Of a stretch of DNA of 64,000 bases, positions 1 to 10,783 are shown piece by piece (the first letter of the stretch is position 1; each line of letters opens with the position of its first letter). The DNA lies in the NCBI GenBank assembly GCA_051530055.1, contig CM121341.1, positions 19,074,784 to 19,138,783 of the forward strand, in the 5' to 3' direction. The notes below the pieces were generated by a model. That model was not told where the DNA came from, did no database searches, and saw only the letters and a program-made list of their open reading frames with translations. The position numbers were made by a program, and so were the translations under genes. This stretch comes from Neoechinorhynchus agilis (taxonomy: Eukaryota > Animalia > Acanthocephala).

Positions 1-159
1 TTAAGAGACGTGAATTGCCCGCATAACAGGACTGCTGTCGTGTATTTTAGATCCATTGCGGAGTCTAATTCTATTTGACGGGCTTATACCTACGGTGCAA
101 CGTAGGAAAGTACCGTTGCATACAATACAATACAATGTAACCTCAGTATTAAATTTGAC

Positions 160-255
160 ATGAGTAAGTTCAAACGTCTACTGAAAACGGCTAAAGCGAA
201 GGCATTAGGAGCACGCAACTTATATTTAGATAATCAAGCCACTAAAACTATTTGA
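160..255 (+). pseudogene. NFS1: Truncated 5' fragment resembling cysteine desulfurase (NFS1/IscS)
   Basis: ATG at 160 gives MSKFKRLLKTAKAKALGARNLYLDNQATKTI*: a basic leader plus LYLDNQAT, like the NFS1 N-terminal YLDxQATT motif. The frame stops at once and no downstream NFS1 motifs were seen. Confidence 0.35.
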
Positions 256-959
256 ACTGCCTGGGCAATCCCAGGCCTCGTCTTTTATTCAAGAGGACCT
301 TCCCCTGAGCAAAGACCCAAATTCGTTGGCACCTTCCTAGAGACTGAGGAAGACCCAATTCGATTGGAAACACAACGCATTGGGCCGACAATATACTCAA
401 TTGGACGAACCTGAACAAATAGGATAAAGAACCTCCATTGACAGTACCTATGCACCTACTGTAGCAAATGGTCTCATTCACTTTGTGTATGTTTTTGCAA
501 CCTGACGTTGCAGCGGAGGGTGACAAACGGCCACCCAATGTTATAAAGGTTCACTTACTCTCGGAGTACAAATTACATTTGCTCTCTACTTGTGTGGTAT
601 ACAGCAGTTAAGCCCTGGAGAAGGATGCCCAACTCAAAGGACCTCATGCCCAGTTGAAATCTTCAAACGTAAATCGGAAGGCCTATTTAGTCTACCCCAC
701 TCAAGGATGGCCAAATGTATTAGCTATCCCGTCCAATCCGGTCATGCCTAAACAATCACTGTAATATTAAACCTTTACCCCGTGGGTTCGTTTATTCATA
801 AACCGCGGCGTAAAAAGGATCAATCATCTCACCTAGTATGCTGGAACAATGAGGTTATACTTAGCAATCCAAAAATAGCTCTTACGCTATCGCGACTTCC
901 TAAATTCCAAGCTTTCCAAGGAAATTTTCAGTCTCCACAACTTAATAGCCGAGTATGAG

Positions 960-1115
960 CCTAGAAGACAGGCAGGAGCCAGAGCAGCAGAAGGGAGGAA
1001 ATTACGAAAATATAGGGATGTAACAAGGGCCCAATATTTTGTCGCCTTCGGAGTAGAGACGTATGGAGCGCTTGGCGCTCGGCACTCACTCTGTTCCAGT
1101 ATCTCTCGAAGAAAT
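960..1115 (+). mobile_element. Remnant of CRE-clade non-LTR retrotransposon (RLE C-terminus)
   Basis: + frame reads [35 protein letters not shown], close to [31 protein letters not shown] in the element at 35298-36524. Confidence 0.7.
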
Positions 1116-1120
1116 TGACA

Positions 1121-1732
1121 GCAAGGAAACAAAAGTTCGAGAAACTTATATCTGGAATGTACCTTGGTGAAATTGTCCGGCTGGTTTTAGTCGATCTTTA
1201 TGAAAAAGATCTTTTCGGCTACAAATATTCCAATAAGAGAACCACGTAAACCATTGGGGTCTTTTCTCGGACAACACATCTTTTTAGTTGAAAGACACCA
1301 ATGGTAAATGAATTCAATAAGTCTGTCCTTTATACTCCAATGGGTTTTCTTACAAAGTATATCTCTGAGGTCGAAAAGGACCGAGGCCTCTCATTTAAGA
1401 GGACGAAGCCAATAATGGATTTATTAGGTCTTGAAGATGCTACAATAGACGATTATGCGATCCTTCATGCTGTCTGCAAATCCGTAACCCAAAGAGCAGC
1501 GAAACTATTGGCAGCGGCAATGGCTGCTACACTTGAGAAAATGAAAAGAAACGATCAGACTATTGGAATAGACGGCAGCCTTTATCGGTACCACCCAAAA
1601 TTCATGCAGACGGTAGAGTTTTACTGTAATCTTCTTTTGGACAAATCAATACAATATAAAATTGCTCTTGCTTCGGACGGATCGGGAATCGGCGCTGCGT
1701 TGGCTGCAGCATCGGCTAATAAAGAACATTGA
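1121..1732 (+). CDS. Hexokinase, C-terminal part (5' exons not found; 84-bp interruption at 1238-1321)
   Basis: [21 protein letters not shown] (1127-1195), then [27 protein letters not shown] and [13 protein letters not shown]: canonical hexokinase large-domain motifs. Confidence 0.85.
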
Positions 1733-1920
1733 TGCACAAGTTTTACAAAATTAATGTTAATAAATTTTAAACAGGGTTTTGGTTTCCAAGAATTAATCGG
1801 GTACTTTTAGTATCAAACACCGATTACTCAAACAAATCGCGAATGAATACAGTACATTCAAAGAGTTCTCTAGATTGTTTTACAAAGTATAGCAAACAAA
1901 AAATCGTAAACGTGACATCA

Positions 1921-2104
1921 GTCGTGAGTAAAGAAATAAATTTTTCTTTCAAAATTAGGCTCGATTACTTGGAAGATAACATTGGAAAGCAAAACTTTTT
2001 AAATTGAAGCGGATTTCTGAGATTGTCACTAAGCAACGAGTACTCCTTAAAATAAAAAATGTATCATATAGATTTGAAGGAACTAAAAATTAAGTTGATA
2101 ACTA
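1921..2104 (+). repeat. 184-bp upstream region duplicated almost identically at 4325-4508
   Basis: Direct comparison by eye shows about 4 substitutions in 184 bp. Both copies end at the ATG of a CAP gene. Confidence 0.9.
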
Positions 2105-2861
2105 ATGTGTTGTTGGGCGGCGTTCATTGTACTTTTCTTAGGACAACAGATCTCTGTTACACTTGGCGACGATATCAATCCTTCAATCCAGTCGCATTTC
2201 AGCAACAATCTTGTTCAGTGCATGAATAACCATCGTAGCCATCATGGCTCACCACCACTTTCTCTGAGTCCGCAATTAAATGAGAAAGCCAAGGAGCGTG
2301 TTAAAAAGATGATGCACGACCAATACCTGATGATCGACAAGGGGGAAACTATGTTTTATTTTAAATCTACGTCAAATATCCGTAATGAAGCGGATAACAG
2401 TTTTGCGCAGTGGGCCATCGGATTGTGTAGAATAATCGATGCATCTAAGACTTTGTTGTGCTCGTGGAAGCATCGTTTGTTGTAAAATGTGGTATTGTCA
2501 AATATTGGATTACGACTTTTTGGAAGGTCGATACTTGCCAAATACAACGAGCTTCACACAAATGGTTTGGAAATCTTCTACATCTGTAGGTTTCGGAGTT
2601 GGCGTTTACGAAAACCGGGTTGACCGAACGAAGTTAGACTACTATTTTCTTAGAATATTCTCTCCGGCAGGGAACGCTCCGAGGACGACCGGTTATGAAA
2701 ACCCGTACATCCAAAATGTCCTTACTACCAAATTTGATTATAAAAGCTATTGTGATGCATATAAAAAGACAACAAAAAGTATGGCAAATAAAACATCAGA
2801 AAGCTTAGTTCAGATCGAGTTGAATATTAGGAAGCATCATTACGGCGAGAGAAGGGATTAG
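2105..2861 (+). CDS. Secreted CAP/SCP/TAPS (GAPR-1/VAL-like) protein, copy 1; probable 25-nt intron 2425-2449
   Basis: Signal peptide MCCWAAFIVLFLGQQISVTLG, then NNHRSHHGSPPL, WYCQILDYDF, FTQMVWKSSTSVGFG and YFLRIFSPAGN (CAP motifs). The frame break is resolved by a GT..AG intron at 2425-2449. Confidence 0.85.
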
Positions 2862-4508
2862 TACCTTGGAACCAAGTTGACGGTCGGAGTAATGTTTATG
2901 TTGATTTATTTTATCACTTTAAAAAATGTTTTTGATTTGTACTTGCAAGTGTTTCAATCTGTATTAGCATTTTACTGCTGATTCAATACTTTTATAATAT
3001 AAAATTACTTTTAATAAATGGCCCGGTAGATATCTTATTTGAGGACTAGTTGAATAAACGGCGATTAAAATCCGTCAAATAGAAATAACCCAATGTTTAC
3101 AAATTTAAAAAATTCTTCTTAAATCTTCTTCATTGATTGTTACAATCGAGTACAAAATTTAATAAATTTCTTTTTTTTATTATTTTCTTGAGGTACTTTT
3201 TGAAAACTTCATTTGCGACAAGATCTGCGAAGAAGATGGCTCGAGTCGGAATCATGAACGATGTTGAGCTTAATTCTTTTATTCCGCATTATGATGATTT
3301 TCTAGGTAGATCGCAGCGAATCCTTAATCACTTGAAAGAAGTCTTAGATAACAACGTTACTTTACGGGTGAGCATTGCATCGATCGAAGCTATTCGGGTG
3401 TCTTTGCTTTCATTTTTGGAAGAATTCAATTTTTTATTTTGTAAGATTCCATAATTTCCTGTTTTCTTTTGGTAGTTTTGCCACAACGGATTTAAATTCA
3501 CTAGTTTATTTCCGATATTTCACGTCGGATAATTTCGACACTATCAAGGTTTGTCATCTAAAACACGAACATTTGCATTATTCTACGGACTGGTTATTTC
3601 GGATTATTATTTTCTTGAAGTACTTTTTGAAAACTTCGTTTCTTGTAAATTCTGACTGATCATTTAGTACTTTTCGTTGTTACCGAGTATCTCTTATTTG
3701 TATTTTGACATTGTTTGGATTTCTAGAACGTCACAGTGTGAGCTAATGTTGTCCACGAGAGAAGATTGACGTTTGTAAATCAATTGCTAGATTTTCAAAT
3801 GTTTGCCCTTGCGACTTATTAATAGTAATTGCCAATTCTGGAATAATAGGAAACTGCCGCCGCTTTAAAGTAAATGGTAAAATGGTGTCACTTTGTTTGA
3901 AGAGTTATACGAGGTATCAAAACTTCTCCTTAGTTCCTTTCCGAAATAACTTTGGCTTTTATTGAGTGCATCATAATATCTATTACGATGGGGCGAATGC
4001 CATTTATAGTCCTTTATCCTTATTTAAATTTCAAAGCATAATTATTATTGCTCCTTTTTTTAAGGTCAAGCAATGTGGTGATATTCCTGAAGGCGTAAGT
4101 CTGTTTAAATATTCAGCGGGATAATTAAGCGTATCATTAATATCTTATATAACATATCTGCAGCAGTATCCCTTTTTCTGAGAGCCCATAAAATATGCTC
4201 AGCATACAGGTTACGACAAGCTGAAATACGTTCCATTACTCAAACTCTGAGAGCGATTGGCTATCCCGAATTGGCGATAAGAAGAGCTTTCCACAAACGA
4301 GAAAAAAATCCTGACATGTACTTAGTCGTAAGTAAAGAAATAAATTTTTCTTTCAAAATTAGGCTCGATTACTTGGAAAATAACATTGGAAAGCAAAACT
4401 TTTTAAATTAAAGCGGATTTCTGAGATTGTCGCTAAGCAACGAGTACTCCTTAAAATAAAAAATGTATCATATAGATTTGAAGGAACTAAAAATTAAGTT
4501 GATAACTA

Positions 4509-5220
4509 ATGTGTTGTTGGGCGTTCATTGTACTTTTCGTAGGGCAACAGATCGCTGTTACACTTGGCGACGATATCAATCCTTCAATCCAGTCGTATGT
4601 CCGCAACAGTCTTGTTCAGTGCATGAATAACCATCGCAACCATCACGGTTCACCACCACTTATTTTGAGTTCAATGTTGGACGAGCAGGCGAAAATACTG
4701 GTTAACAAGTTTCTGAGTAAAATGGTATTTACTAAGGTCACACCAGAAAATATGTTCCATTTGGAAGTTAAAACGCATGATACTATTAAGGCCAGCGGCC
4801 AATTTGCACAGTGGGCCTCTGGATTGTGTAGAACAACCTATGCATCCAAGTTTTTCTTGCGCTCGTGGATGCATCGATTGCCGTAAAAAATGGTATTGTC
4901 AAATATTGGATTACAACTTTAGTATAGGGAAATACTCGCTAAATACAACGAGCTTCACACAAATGGTTTGGAAATCTTCAAGATCTGTAGGATTCGGAGT
5001 TGGCGTTCATGCCCACCAAACGAAGTACGACTACTATGTTCAAACACTTTTCTCTCCTTTGGGTAACATTGAAAACAATTTCTTCGCAAATGTCCTCCCT
5101 ACTAAATTTGATTATAAAAGCTACTGCGGAAATGAACAAATGTTGGGAGGCTCTTTAATATCTGAATGTAGTGGAATGATGTTAAAGCTCGCAGTACTGT
5201 TTTTGCTGGTGTTATTTTAA
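4509..5220 (+). CDS. CAP/SCP/TAPS protein, copy 2, with C-terminal hydrophobic (GPI-signal-like) tail; probable 25-nt intron 4826-4850
   Basis: Paralog of 2105-2861 with the same motifs (FTQMVWKSSRSVGFG, YYVQTLFSPLGN). Ends SECSGMMLKLAVLFLLVLF. Confidence 0.85.
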
Positions 5221-5996
5221 CCGATTGTCGTTTAGTAAATTCTAATCACGAGAATATCTTTGTTTTTTAGTAAAACAATTTATGATATTTGAAAATACGT
5301 TATCTATTACGCGAGTCACAATTTATTTTTACAAAATCTGTAAGCTGTCTCTACTTTCAATAAGTGATCGGTCAATCACACTCGCAAAGAATACACGCGC
5401 TATAAAAAATTAATATTTTGATTCTGGAAGATTCTATTGTTCAAAGACAATCTCTCGATAATTCGTAGAGACAGTGGTAAACAACAAAAACGCAGACTAT
5501 ACGGTTTTTGCAATCAACAAAAAACGCGCATATAAGTCACACTAATTTAAAAATTGGTGGGCATTGTAAAATTTAGCCTAATTTCCAACGATATTGTTCT
5601 AGTCTGTATTCAAAATTTGCGCAAAGCTCTTAGACGAACTGAAGTGTCAAACTAATTTAAATGATTTATTGTAAAGATACCTAATTTCTGGGCTTACGAA
5701 AAACCCGGGATATCAGGTACATTTGATTAGAGTAATACATTGTTGATCAAAACAGAAATGCAACAGATCTCGTGGTTCCTTTTGGGTTACCCTCGCAGGT
5801 ACATTTGCTCTTAATCATTGGTTGTCGTCTGAACAAACAAATGCATTCACAGTATACTCCATATATGTTAATTCCTGGCGTCAAAATATCAATTATGTAC
5901 TTCTCAATCAGGTTTGCCTTTTCAAAGGACACGTTAGCTATGCAAGCCGCGGCTTTGAATAGTTCACCGGATCGAATCGCAGCGTACCGATAAGCG

Positions 5997-7204
5997 TCAG
6001 GAACTCGAGACGTATAATGCAAAATATAACCAACAACAGTAGTTATCGGTCCTCCTCGTAATTGAAGTTCTTGTAAAGGTATGTCTAAGAATCAACGTTT
6101 CGCGTTTCGCCATATCGAAACGTCGATGTACGTTAGGATTATTCGTTGGTGTGTTTAATATTTCGTCAAGATCCAAAACTCTTGACTGCGTCTCATATTC
6201 AGATGCAATCGTTTGGTGTGACTTAATAGTGTCCTCAAAAGCGGCTACGGCCCTACCCATTTTTCTGAAAAATTCTCGACATGGATTTCCATGTGATCTT
6301 GTTCGGTTTAGTTTCCACTTATGATTTTCTTGATGTATAAAATAGAAAGGGTCACGGGACTCTAGGCCATTGTCCAAGTGTTGCCTGGCGCGATTCCTTA
6401 CATAACACATCCAATCGATCGGTTTAAATATGTCATCATCGTCAGGATACAAAATGCTTAAAGCTTGGCTCATTTTTCTCCAATAAAACGGATGTGCGCC
6501 GAAGGTGTATCGCATGTAAAGACTTTCATTGGAGAACGTATTTTTTATAGAATGCCTTAAGAAATTTAAAACTACTGTTGATTAAAGAATGTAACCCCAC
6601 AAATCAGAATGTAAGTCTTTAATATGTGCTATAAGAACCATACCATAATTAGGGCGAATCCAAGTTCAACTTTACTGTAGCAAATTCTATGGCTCAACTT
6701 GTTTATGCATGGTTCGCACCCCATGAAAACCTTATGAACCAGCCTTTCAATCATATTATGTCTCTCTATCAACATACCAGCAAAAGCCAAGCAATGCTCC
6801 TTTGGTAATCTCAAAAGGTCACAAATTGTAGCTACGCTAGCCATCGCCATTGATCGATTGCATCTATAAGCACCCATCGTTTGAAACGTATCATGGAATT
6901 TCCAATCGTAGTTTTCCAGTATCATTGCACTTCGATAATGGTCTGAAAGCAATAAACGCTCTTTCCGGCTTTTAAGCTCGCGGATGCAATTCGCATTATT
7001 TAACAATTCGTCTCCCTCTATTGTTTCAAGGGAACGCGCATAAAATTGATACTTTTTGTGGTAATATTTATCAATTACCTCTATGTCCAACATGGATAGA
7101 AATGGAACGTTGAGCAAAGCACATGCAAATTCGAGAAGATAAATAGTTGTCCGCATTTTAAATCGCATCATTTCATTGACATGAGTCTTTAAGTTTGCTC
7201 CCAA
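5997..7204 (-). CDS. Probable downstream exons of the TAF1B-like gene (or a separate unknown gene)
   Basis: Two long ORFs (191 and 172 aa) on the same strand below the TAF1B-like exon, helical in composition, with GT donors nearby. No diagnostic motif recognised. Confidence 0.35.
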
Positions 7205-7453
7205 ATGTTCATTTCATGACGGTCGTGCTTCAGTAAAAAGACAATAGTTTTCATACTTATCTGCCAAAATTCAAATGAAGATTTGCAATTTAAAAAAGGA
7301 AAGAAAAGATCTACGATTAGACTTTGTATTTACGAATATGCAACAGCTATAAAAAAATTCGTCGTTGTTCATTGCATTTTTGAAAATTTTGTTCATTATC
7401 GTAATTTATGTTAACAAATCACGAAATTCATTATTACTGTTGGGTGAAACGAA

Positions 7454-7609
7454 ATTTGTTTTGTGCGGACACCCAGACGTTTTTTATTACGCAAATTTTC
7501 GGAGAGCAAAGTCTCCCTCTTCAGGCTTTTGGTCCCAAAAATAATGACCAAAAGCCTGAAGAGGGAATTTGCATAATAAAAAACGTCTGGGTGTCCGCAC
7601 AAAACAAAT
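7454..7609. repeat. Long near-perfect inverted repeat (foldback/MITE-like) in an intron
   Basis: ATTTGTTTTGTGCGGACACCCAGACGTTTTTTATTACGCAAATT pairs with AATTTGCATAATAAAAAACGTCTGGGTGTCCGCACAAAACAAAT. An inner stem TCCCTCTTCAGGCTTTTGGTC/GACCAAAAGCCTGAAGAGGGA is perfect. Confidence 0.92.
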
Positions 7610-7673
7610 CACGAAATATTTCCTAATAATAAAGGAATCTTGAACGGGGATTATGTTCGCCACCATTCAATAT

Positions 7674-8396
7674 TTACCATCCTGAACAATCTTCTTGATA
7701 TGATTGAACGAGCAAATTTAAGGAAATAGATTTCCATTTCGTTTTTCCGAGCCCTACAGACCCAAGCACAATACCGGTCGAGAAACGAACACGTTCAATC
7801 TCTCCAATTCTTGTTAAAATTGAATACCGTCGTCGTTGTCTCTCTTGTACACCAACATTGCACGTACCTTCGTCTACTTCAAGTTGAACAGGTTCAATAG
7901 GAAAGCAAGAATTGAACTCATTTAGTTCTTTTCGTGTCATACCATGTCTCAAAGGGACATGCTTCAGAATGAACGCATCGACATGACGAGATACACGAGT
8001 AAAATCGCGATCGCTACGTATTTTAATGTTAAGTGCACCAGATCCTTTAAGAAACTGTAAGTATAGGCGCAGCACTACAACGTAGATGGCAGGTGAGGGA
8101 AACCCCAACGAAGCAAGGATATCGCATTGCTGAAGAATAACCCGGCTGTAAACAGCCCACGATGTTCCTTCGGTGTCAAAATCAACTTGAGCTGAAACTT
8201 TCCGCCTTCGTTTAGTGGGCACAAGCGTCTCATTGATGGCTGCGAAGGGATTGTGCTCATTGGACTCTTGATACTCGTTGTCGTCTTGAAGCAGCATATC
8301 AAACGCACATTGAGTTTGACATGAGGAACAAAAAAATTGGCCATCGTCTTCCTCAATATCATCACAACCGCACGTAGGACAAACACGGCCAATCAT
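7674..8396 (-). CDS. TAF1B: TAF1B/Rrn7-like RNA polymerase I initiation factor, N-terminal exon
   Basis: N-terminal zinc ribbon CPTCGCDDIEEDDGQFFCSSCQTQ followed by ILQQCDILASLGFP...VVLRLYLQFL, typical of the Rrn7/TAF1B layout. GT donor near 7672. Confidence 0.55.
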   Translation of the reverse strand: MIGRVCPTCGCDDIEEDDGQFFCSSCQTQCAFDMLLQDDNEYQESNEHNPFAAINETLVPTKRRRKVSAQVDFDTEGTSWAVYSRVILQQCDILASLGFPSPAIYVVVLRLYLQFLKGSGALNIKIRSDRDFTRVSRHVDAFILKHVPLRHGMTRKELNEFNSCFPIEPVQLEVDEGTCNVGVQERQRRRYSILTRIGEIERVRFSTGIVLGSVGLGKTKWKSISLNLLVQSYQEDCSGW

Positions 8397-9068
8397 TCTT
8401 ATATTACACAAGTATCTAAAAAACAATTCGATTTTAGGTCGTTAATCGAAAAATAGCGAGTAACGTCGGCCCATGGTTTAGGCAAGACAAATTCTCGAAT
8501 ATTTTACTATAAGAAACATTAGATAAGCGATCATGTAAAGATAATTTTGCATTTTTACCATTAGAGACAATGCTCTCTAAGAAAGCTTTCAGTATATAAA
8601 ACACGTCTCATGCGTTTATGAGAAAAATATCATAATGAAGAGTATGCGAATGCTCGTATAAGAAAAGATTAAAGTCTAGAAGTGAAAAGAACATCACTGG
8701 ATTCCGTAGACGTTAAAAAAATTTAAAATTCCTTAGGATTGACATTGGGATATTTAGTAATGTTTGATTTTCAAAACAGCTACACAGCGACTCACACTGT
8801 AAGGGTAAGTTTCGAACAAATCGAATAAACACAACTGCAAAAAAGGTTATAAAGTGTTTCGCGACTCCACTGTCGCTTATTCACGGTGCAATAAACATTC
8901 TTGATAGTCATTTTCGCATCGAGCAGCTTAAAATCACAGCAAATGTCTGCGACGAACGTAATTTGGTGTGCAAATGTACAAAATGGACACATCGATTGGT
9001 ATAGATGAGAACGCAGATCGAACAAAAAGTTAGATATAAGAATCACAAAAAAACTTGCGCTAAAAAGA

Positions 9069-9500
9069 TTATATTAAAATTAGTGAAAAGCGAATGTCCT
9101 GGATTCTATAGTTTGCGTAACACAAGAATTCGATCAAGCAATAAAGATAACACTTTATTGAAAATATCGCAATGACTATACCATAGATGGAAGCCTGCGA
9201 TTTTAGCCGACCTTCATTAGCAGAGGCAGCTACTCGGTTATGCCTCTGCTCATGGCCCACAAAGCTATGTGGTTCCAGTATTGAACCCAGTGGTACTTTT
9301 TAAAATAGTCCGTATACCGATCCCCATAGAGCGCATAGTGGTACTGATACACCTGAGTCAACCAAGTGATTTCGTATTGGAAATCGTTGTAGATCCAGGC
9401 AAGTTCAAGGGCCGTGTACATTTCGTTTCAAGGATGAGTGATGAAGATGGTTCTTTGGTTCGAAAACGGAGTGACGCTCGAACCAAGTAGACTTTAACGA
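9069..9500 (-). pseudogene. Possible GT22-family (PIG-B/PIG-Z-like) mannosyltransferase fragment with in-frame stop and frameshift
   Basis: - frame reads RTIFITHP*NEMYTALELAWIYNDFQYEITW, reminiscent of the family HPDE(F/Y)xQSLEV..TWEW motif. Similarity is weak and the frame is interrupted. Confidence 0.25.
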
Positions 9501-10057
9501 GTGCACAAACGGAAACTATTAATGGTAAACATAGCACCAAAATAGTACACGGGCGTTCAAAGTTTGCTCAACAACTCGAAAACTAATAAGCAAACATGTT
9601 TACTAGAACACCTTTATAATGCTTCAAAACGACGTAAACGACAATCTTTTCAAGGAAAAATTGGGTTCCTCACGCGTAGAATAAAATTACGACCAGGCGA
9701 TAAATTAATTTCGAAAAGTTCAGAAAACATTTAAATGCGTAACGATAAACAAACACTTAAATAAGCAATGCCATACCGAAGAGATGGCGGCAACGAATTC
9801 GATACAAGTATATTCAGGCCCATTAAACAAAGAAGCAATAATACTGCTGCGATTATTTCTCGTAGTCAACACGAGACATTCGGTCAACAAACTACAATCC
9901 CGGAAAATTGCGAACTAACAAAATAAACACAACAACAGCTAGAACCACGGAGGCGTAATATTGAAAACTACATGTCGTAAGAAGATTCTTCCGCGTCTTT
10001 ATATCGCCTCAACGCAGAACGTCCAATAAAAACCTTACTCAAAATAGCGACTTGCAT

Positions 10058-10630
10058 ATGGGTTTCGGAAAGCAAGCGGAAAGTAGTAAACCTGTACAGA
10101 GAATTTCTCGAGGTCGTGGAGGCCCACGTGGGAGAGGAGATAGTCGAGGGCGTCAAAGAGGAGGTCGAGGAGGCGGGCGCGATTTTGATATGGGACCACC
10201 TCAAACCGTCCAACCAGCCGGAGAAATTCTACACCCTTGCGAAGGACAACTCGTTCTCAGGTCAGAGATCAAGTCACACGTCCCCTATTTCAATGCTCCC
10301 ATCTACTTGGAAAATAAAGAACAAATAGGAAAAGTCGATGAGATTTTCGGACCAATCAATGAGTACTATTTTTCAGTAACAATGATGGATAATATGAAGG
10401 CGAATTCATTCAACAAGGGAAAGCAGCTTTTTATCGATCCAAGAAGACTTCTTCCCCTGGAAAGGTTTCTGCCGCAAGCGCCAGGAGCGAAAAGCACTCG
10501 AGGCGGTGGAGGCAGAGGACGAGGCGCTGCAGGCGGACGTGGAATGAATCGTGGAGGAATGAAACGACGTGGAGGTGGATTCGGATCATTCCGTGGACCC
10601 AAGCGAGGACGGTTCGGTGCCCGTAGATGA
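10058..10630 (+). CDS. GAR1: H/ACA snoRNP subunit GAR1
   Basis: RGG-rich N- and C-termini around the core [60 protein letters not shown]. Single exon. Confidence 0.97.
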   Translation: MGFGKQAESSKPVQRISRGRGGPRGRGDSRGRQRGGRGGGRDFDMGPPQTVQPAGEILHPCEGQLVLRSEIKSHVPYFNAPIYLENKEQIGKVDEIFGPINEYYFSVTMMDNMKANSFNKGKQLFIDPRRLLPLERFLPQAPGAKSTRGGGGRGRGAAGGRGMNRGGMKRRGGGFGSFRGPKRGRFGARR

Positions 10631-10783
10631 TATTGTAAAATAACGAAGAAAAGTGCATAATGCCCTCTGTCGTCCTGTTTAAGAAATGATAATTTGTCTT
10701 CTGATTTGCGAATTATTGTAGTCAGCTTCTTAGTTCCTTTGCAACACAGAATTTATTCAATTTCTTTAAAATATTTCTTAACT

